Source: SAR202 cluster bacterium
Lineage (GTDB): Bacteria; Chloroflexota; Dehalococcoidia; Lucifugimonadales; UBA1123
Reading direction: 5' to 3'
Length of the DNA stretch: 64,000 nucleotides
Assembly (NCBI GenBank): GCA_030752795.1
Contig: JASMDM010000033.1
Span: 1,441-65,440, forward strand
Under the pieces are notes generated by a model. The model searched no databases. It saw nothing but the letters and a program-made list of their open reading frames with translations, and was not told the origin of the DNA. The position numbers were made by a program, and so were the translations under genes. Positions 59,280 through 64,000 of this stretch are shown piece after piece. The number at the start of each line of letters is the position of its first letter. Position 1 is the stretch's first letter.

Positions 59280-62200
59280 ATGACCGAAGTGTCACGCCGT
59301 GAGCTGTTGCTGGCTGCCATCGTTGCGGCCGCCGCCGTCGCGGTCGGCGGCTATTTCATCTTTGTCGGCAGCGGAGAATCGAATGGGGTAGCCCAGGCTC
59401 GCATTCACAATGCTCGGGGCATCGAGCTACTTGAATCAGGCCGACCCACCGAAGCGGCCGATCAGTTCCGGCAGGCGACAGGACTCGACCCGGATTATTA
59501 TCACGGTCAACTCAATCTGGGCATAGCGTTCTTTCACAGCGGATCGGATGAGAGAGCGCGTGAAGCCCTGCTGGCAGCCGTGAAGCTCGTCCCCGACGGC
59601 GTTCAATCGAGCTATCTCTTGGGCCGGCTGGATCTGCTTGAAGACCAAGAGGCGGACGCGATCGAAAGATTCAACGAGGCCCTGCTGTCGGACCCCAACG
59701 ATCCTTTCACCAACTATTTCCTCGGCAAGCTTTACTTCGATGCCGGCCGGATGTCGGAGGCCCGCGAACGGCTCGAAAAGGCGATCCTGGTCGACGGAGC
59801 GATGGCCGCAGCGCACTACACGCTGGGGCTCATCCTGCTCCAGGAAGGCGACGAGACGGGCGGGCTGAACGAGATGCTCGCGTACAACCAATTCGTCATT
59901 CGTAGACAGGCCGATGACCTGGGCACGCGACCCTATCTCGACGAAGGTAGGTACGCCCGGGCGGTCGAAGACCCTGACGGCCCCGACGATGCGATCGTCT
60001 CGCCCGAAGCCACGGCCGTTCGGTTCACGGACGTGACTCAAGGCTTGGGAATACGCTTCGCGCACGGCGGATCGACCGACCCGGACATATGGCGGAGCCA
60101 GCCGGTGACGCTGTACCGGGAACTCCTGCGCGAGCAGGTGACGTCCTTTTTCGGCTCAGGTGCCGCGTTCCTGGACTACGACGGCGACGGCAATCTCGAC
60201 CTCTACATCGCGAACGCCGGACCGACTGACACGGAGTCCGCAAACGTCCTGTTCCGCAACGCCGGAGACGGCACATTCGAAGACGTGACGGACCAGGGAG
60301 GCGTCGGTCACACGGGGCAGGGGATGGGCGTGACATTCGGCGATTTCGACAACGACGACGACCCCGACCTGTATGTCACGAACGCAGGTCCGAACGTGCT
60401 CTTCCGCAACGAAGGCGACGGGACCTTCACGGACGTGACGGCTCAAGCGAGGGTCGGCGACACCGGATTCGGTCTAGGCACCACGTTCGTCGATATCGAT
60501 CACGACGGCCATCTCGATCTTTTCGTGGCCAACTACGTCGATCTCGATGCGATAGCCGATGGAGAAGCGATTCAATTCCCGCACGACGTGCCGGGCCAGC
60601 ACAACGTTCTCTACCTCAACAACCAAGACGGCACATTCTCGGACGTGACGGTGGACGCCAACTTGGACGGCGCCGCTCCGAGCGTCGGCGCAGTGTTCTT
60701 CGATTACGACGGCGACAACGATGTCGATTTTTATCTGGGCAACGACGGCCAGCCGGGAATCTTGTACAGCAACAATCGGGACGGCAGTTTCTCCGACGTC
60801 ACCGGTGAATCCGGATTGGCCGGCGTTGTGGCCTCGCGAGGCGTCGCGGCCGGCGATTACAACGGCGACAGTTTCATTGACCTGCTGGTCAACTCCGGTT
60901 TGACGAACGGCACATCGCTCATCGTCAATCAGGGCGACGGCACGTTCGCAACCGACCAGTCGTTTCGCGCGCTGGCCGATCGGCGCGACGACGTTCCGGC
61001 GTGGGGAGCGTCCTTTATCGACTACAACAACGACGGCGCACTCGATGTATCGCTGTTATACGGCGAGTCCAACGGCGCGATCGTCTTGTTCCCGAATCGA
61101 GGAGATGGAACGTTCTCGGACGTTGAGACCGAAACGGGTTTGCATGAAGTGGCGATCGATCGCGGACGGGGCATGGCGCTAGGCGACTACGACAACGACG
61201 GAGACACAGACATCTTCGTGGTGAACAACGGCGCCCGACCGGTGTTGATACAAAACGACGGCGGCAACCAGAACGCCTGGCTCAAGTTGACGACCGTGGG
61301 CGACGGCAGCAACCGCATGGGCCTCGGAAGCAAAATCGAGATCAAAGCAGGACAGCTCTGGCAGAAGAGGGAGGTTCGCGGCGGATCCGGATACCTATCG
61401 CAGAACAGCTCCGAGCTCTTATTCGGATTGGGCGACGAACAGCAGATCGGAATGGTTCACGTCCTGTGGCCCAGCGGACTCCGTCAGCGCCCGAGCGAAT
61501 TTTCGGTCAATCGCGATCTGACCGTCATCGAGCAGGGCAGAAAGTCGTCCTGTCCGCTCCTGTATACGTGGGACGGGGAACGCTACACGTTCATCACCGA
61601 CTTCCTGGGCGCCGGCTTCATCGGCATTCTGGTCGGACCGGACACCTATTACCAGCCCGACTCCGACGAGTACGTCAGGATCGACGGCAGCCTATTGCTG
61701 GAGAAGGGCGGGCAGTACTCGATCAAGATCACCGAGCAGCTCGAAGAAGTCAGCTATCTCGATGAAGTCCGATTGCTGGTGGTGGACCATCCGTCGGGCA
61801 CGGAGATCTACCCTAACGAGGTGCTGAAGATGGGACCGCCGTTCCCCGAGTTCAAGGTTCACGTCACGGCAGATGCCAGGCCGCCGATTTTCGCAACAGA
61901 CGGTGACGGGCGCGACATCCTCGCTGCGGTCAGCGATCTCGATCGGAACTATCCGACATTTCCGCTGCTTCCGTACCAAGGAATCAGCGCGACGCACTCT
62001 ATCGTCCTCGACCTCGGTGATCTGTCCGGATCCGATCGAGTTCTGCTGCTCATGGATGGTTGGATCGAGTACTGGAACTCGCAGAGCGTCCGGCAAGCCC
62101 TGGACGACGGGGTGCCGTTGCAGGCGCCGAAGCTCGAGGTCTGGAGCGACGAAACTGGATGGGTGAACGTCATCGAAGATTTTGGCTTCCCCTCGGGTCT

Positions 62201-62813
62201 TCCGAAAACGATGACCGTCGATCTGACCGGCGTGTTCCTGTCCGATGACTATCGAGTCCGAATTACGACCAACATGGAGATCTATTGGGACCGAATCAGG
62301 GTCAGCGCCGGCGCCGGCGATGCTCCGGTCAAGATCACGACCTTGGCCCCAAGTCGTGCGGCGCTCGATTGGCGAGGATACCCCAAGCTGTCGCTGCCCG
62401 ACGGCAAGAACCCTCCGGTATTCCTGCACGACCAGCCCGTCGACACCGCGCCGTTCGCCGACCACGCCGGGTACTACACCCGGTACGGCGAAGTCACCTC
62501 GCTGCTGCACGAGCTCGACGACCAATTCGTTATCGTGCACCACGGCGAGGAGATCGACTTGACCTTCCCGGCGGATAGTGTCGCCGCGTTGCCAGAAGGG
62601 TGGACCCGGGACTTCCTGTTGTACGTCGACGGCTACGTCAAGGACGGGTGGCGCGACACCGCACACGGCAACACCGTGGCGCCGCTCCCGTTCCACGGCA
62701 TGTCAAGCTACCCATACCCGGACGGCGAGGCCTACCCGGACGACCGGGAGCATCGCGAATACCTGCGGGACTACAACACGCGTTGGATCGGCAGCGCTCC
62801 CGATCGCCCCTAA
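59280..62813 (+). CDS. large CRTAC1-family protein: signal anchor, TPR repeats, FG-GAP/VCBS repeats, an ASPIC/UnbV domain and a ~420-aa uncharacterised C-terminal domain
   Basis: 1177 aa. TPR-like helices span aa ~40-200. There are multiple GD(Y/F)D.DG..D....N repeats. The ASPIC/UnbV block is NAWLKL...G.GSNR.GLGSKIE......Q.REV.GGSGYLSQNS.ELLFGLG. It is followed by SCPLLYTWDGERYTFITDF.... Confidence 0.85.
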   Translation: MTEVSRRELLLAAIVAAAAVAVGGYFIFVGSGESNGVAQARIHNARGIELLESGRPTEAADQFRQATGLDPDYYHGQLNLGIAFFHSGSDERAREALLAAVKLVPDGVQSSYLLGRLDLLEDQEADAIERFNEALLSDPNDPFTNYFLGKLYFDAGRMSEARERLEKAILVDGAMAAAHYTLGLILLQEGDETGGLNEMLAYNQFVIRRQADDLGTRPYLDEGRYARAVEDPDGPDDAIVSPEATAVRFTDVTQGLGIRFAHGGSTDPDIWRSQPVTLYRELLREQVTSFFGSGAAFLDYDGDGNLDLYIANAGPTDTESANVLFRNAGDGTFEDVTDQGGVGHTGQGMGVTFGDFDNDDDPDLYVTNAGPNVLFRNEGDGTFTDVTAQARVGDTGFGLGTTFVDIDHDGHLDLFVANYVDLDAIADGEAIQFPHDVPGQHNVLYLNNQDGTFSDVTVDANLDGAAPSVGAVFFDYDGDNDVDFYLGNDGQPGILYSNNRDGSFSDVTGESGLAGVVASRGVAAGDYNGDSFIDLLVNSGLTNGTSLIVNQGDGTFATDQSFRALADRRDDVPAWGASFIDYNNDGALDVSLLYGESNGAIVLFPNRGDGTFSDVETETGLHEVAIDRGRGMALGDYDNDGDTDIFVVNNGARPVLIQNDGGNQNAWLKLTTVGDGSNRMGLGSKIEIKAGQLWQKREVRGGSGYLSQNSSELLFGLGDEQQIGMVHVLWPSGLRQRPSEFSVNRDLTVIEQGRKSSCPLLYTWDGERYTFITDFLGAGFIGILVGPDTYYQPDSDEYVRIDGSLLLEKGGQYSIKITEQLEEVSYLDEVRLLVVDHPSGTEIYPNEVLKMGPPFPEFKVHVTADARPPIFATDGDGRDILAAVSDLDRNYPTFPLLPYQGISATHSIVLDLGDLSGSDRVLLLMDGWIEYWNSQSVRQALDDGVPLQAPKLEVWSDETGWVNVIEDFGFPSGLPKTMTVDLTGVFLSDDYRVRITTNMEIYWDRIRVSAGAGDAPVKITTLAPSRAALDWRGYPKLSLPDGKNPPVFLHDQPVDTAPFADHAGYYTRYGEVTSLLHELDDQFVIVHHGEEIDLTFPADSVAALPEGWTRDFLLYVDGYVKDGWRDTAHGNTVAPLPFHGMSSYPYPDGEAYPDDREHREYLRDYNTRWIGSAPDRP

Positions 62814-62899
62814 GCAACAATCAAACGACCCGGCTGCGAAAACCAGTCACAACCGGGTCGATGTTCTCCGCGGGCAGCACTGACGCTCGTCTCGTTCGA

Positions 62900-63661
62900 T
62901 CAGCGCGGCAGGAGTTGGGCGCCGGGGTCGAACTCTTCCCTTATGAGACGTATCTCTTCCTGTGTCGGCAACGGCGCTGGGTTGACGTTTTCTGGGATGT
63001 AATCATGAACGAACCCGGTGTTCGCCCTGACCTTGTCCACGGTCACGCCGGGGTAGATCCACTTCAGGGTCGCCTGTTTCGTCTCGGGCGGGAAGTCGAA
63101 GATGCAAAGGTCCGTCATTATCATGCAAGGTCCGGTGCCTGGGAGGCCGAGGGCCTCGCGCGACACGTCCCCCAGATCCTGGTGCCCGACGCCTGATATG
63201 AAGTCGACCTTGTCCACGAAATTCCTGGCCTCGTGATCGACCGCGATGATCTCTCGCCGCATGTATGCGAGGTGAGTTGGCTGAAGTATCGGGCCGACCA
63301 GCCGGACGCTTGGATTGTCGTAGTCGCCGATCGACACGATGTTCTGGTTGCCCCACTTATCGACTTGGGCGCACGAGGACAGGCCGATGTCAATCTCGCC
63401 GAGATAGATGTTCGCCGCCGAAATGACCCGCATGTTGTCGCCCAGGATCCCTTCCATGAGAAGCGAATCCGTTGATGTGATGTAGCAGTTGGGAGCGTGT
63501 GATCGCCGAGCCAAAGCCAAACCGACCCCGGGAACGTACGTGTGCAAGATTGTGGTGATCTCTCCGGTCGACATGCCGAGAAACATCACGTCGCCGTCTT
63601 TGAGCTCGTGAGAGATGATCGACGCCATGATCTCCCATTTGGTTGGCACTAATTCACTCAT
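62900..63661 (-). CDS. CoA-transferase beta subunit (glutaconate/3-oxoacid CoA-transferase B-like)
   Basis: 253 aa with FLGMSTGE, GEIDIGLSSCAQVDKWGN and a family I CoA-transferase B pattern. It has a 4-nt overlap with the upstream A subunit. Confidence 0.8.
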   Translation of the reverse strand: MSELVPTKWEIMASIISHELKDGDVMFLGMSTGEITTILHTYVPGVGLALARRSHAPNCYITSTDSLLMEGILGDNMRVISAANIYLGEIDIGLSSCAQVDKWGNQNIVSIGDYDNPSVRLVGPILQPTHLAYMRREIIAVDHEARNFVDKVDFISGVGHQDLGDVSREALGLPGTGPCMIMTDLCIFDFPPETKQATLKWIYPGVTVDKVRANTGFVHDYIPENVNPAPLPTQEEIRLIREEFDPGAQLLPR

Positions 63662-64000
63662 ACCAGAGCGCCTCCTACGTCCCTCAGGCTCGCCAGTGTG
63701 CCGACGCCTACCAGGTTCAAGTAATCTTCATGTGTCTCGCAGCCGTACACGTACTTGTCCGTGAAGTCGTTCCAAGCTCCGGGGTCGCCTTTCAGTCTCG
63801 CCCGCCCGGCCTTGGCGTACATGCCGATGAACTCGTTGTCAGCTTCAGTCACGCCGGTTGAGGAACTCGGGTGCGTGCCGTACGGGGCCTCGACGATCGC
63901 CCTCGTCCGAAACTCCGGAATCGTCGGCAGGTAGCTTCTCTGGAACTGCGTGGGTATGTACTTTGAAATCTGCTCATGAGGCACGATCCGTTCGACCGTA
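63658..64000 (-). CDS. CoA-transferase alpha subunit, C-terminal part. Partial; continues past the right edge.
   Basis: The frame is open to position 64000 (..TVERIVPHEQISKYIPT...AIVEAPYGTHPSS...). The track ORF start at 63984 is an internal GTG. Confidence 0.7.
   Translation of the reverse strand, partial: TVERIVPHEQISKYIPTQFQRSYLPTIPEFRTRAIVEAPYGTHPSSSTGVTEADNEFIGMYAKAGRARLKGDPGAWNDFTDKYVYGCETHEDYLNLVGVGTLASLRDVGGALV

Noticed and set aside
62827-62859. Hairpin GACCCGG-N19-CCGGGTC between the convergent CRTAC1 and CoA-transferase genes as a terminator
   Set aside because: The loop is 19 nt and there is no U-tract on either strand, so it is too weak to call.

Overview
This is a 64-kb GC-rich (roughly 60% by eye) bacterial chromosomal segment. 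The gene content includes CoA-transferases, Ldh_2, an HpcH aldolase, a haloacid dehalogenase, DUF4012, an archaellin-like gene and short dispersed repeats. That mix best fits a Chloroflexota genome, possibly SAR202-like, but this is inference only. I call about 45 intact or edge-truncated protein genes, 5 disrupted genes, 3 tRNAs (Ala-CGC, Val-TAC, Arg-GCG), one SAM-I riboswitch, a CIRCE operator, three clean intrinsic terminators and a few promoter candidates. I saw no transposase, integrase, CRISPR array or rRNA gene. Layout, left to right: (1) partial polA and a decayed RCC1-repeat gene. (2) A nine-gene minus-strand array for the SAM cycle and MTA salvage (mtnA, mtnP, rhodanese, HAD, PfkB kinase, ahcY, thioesterase, metK, phosphohexomutase), headed by a SAM-I riboswitch. 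(3) groESL with CIRCE. (4) A UbiA/DPPR-synthase-like gene behind a duplicated promoter-like 46-bp unit, a membrane Fe-S/CCG oxidoreductase and a Zn-ADH. (5) A small orphan islet, then a CoA-transferase, galU, an MFS transporter and an HpcH aldolase. (6) tRNA-Ala with a decayed DUF4258/YgiT toxin-antitoxin-like pair. (7) A GntR regulator with a three-gene 2-oxoacid:ferredoxin oxidoreductase. (8) A PPi-type PFK. (9) A DUF4012 / Big_2 lipoprotein / secreted nuclease operon. (10) dnaE. (11) MoxR-DUF58-transglutaminase-ogt. (12) tRNA-Val and tRNA-Arg followed by three disrupted genes in a row: an archaellin-like gene, a C_GCAxxG_C_C gene and a deiodinase-like gene. (13) Ldh_2. (14) A four-gene operon of membrane-anchored exported proteins: a TM-domain/pentaheme cytochrome c fusion, a beta-propeller lipoprotein and two CRTAC1/ASPIC-UnbV proteins. 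(15) CoA-transferase B and A subunits. The most interesting items are the orphan archaellin-family gene in a bacterial context, the uncharacterised cytochrome/propeller/CRTAC1 operon, the riboswitch-headed methyl-cycle array, and the fact that every reading-frame lesion in the window falls in an accessory gene.
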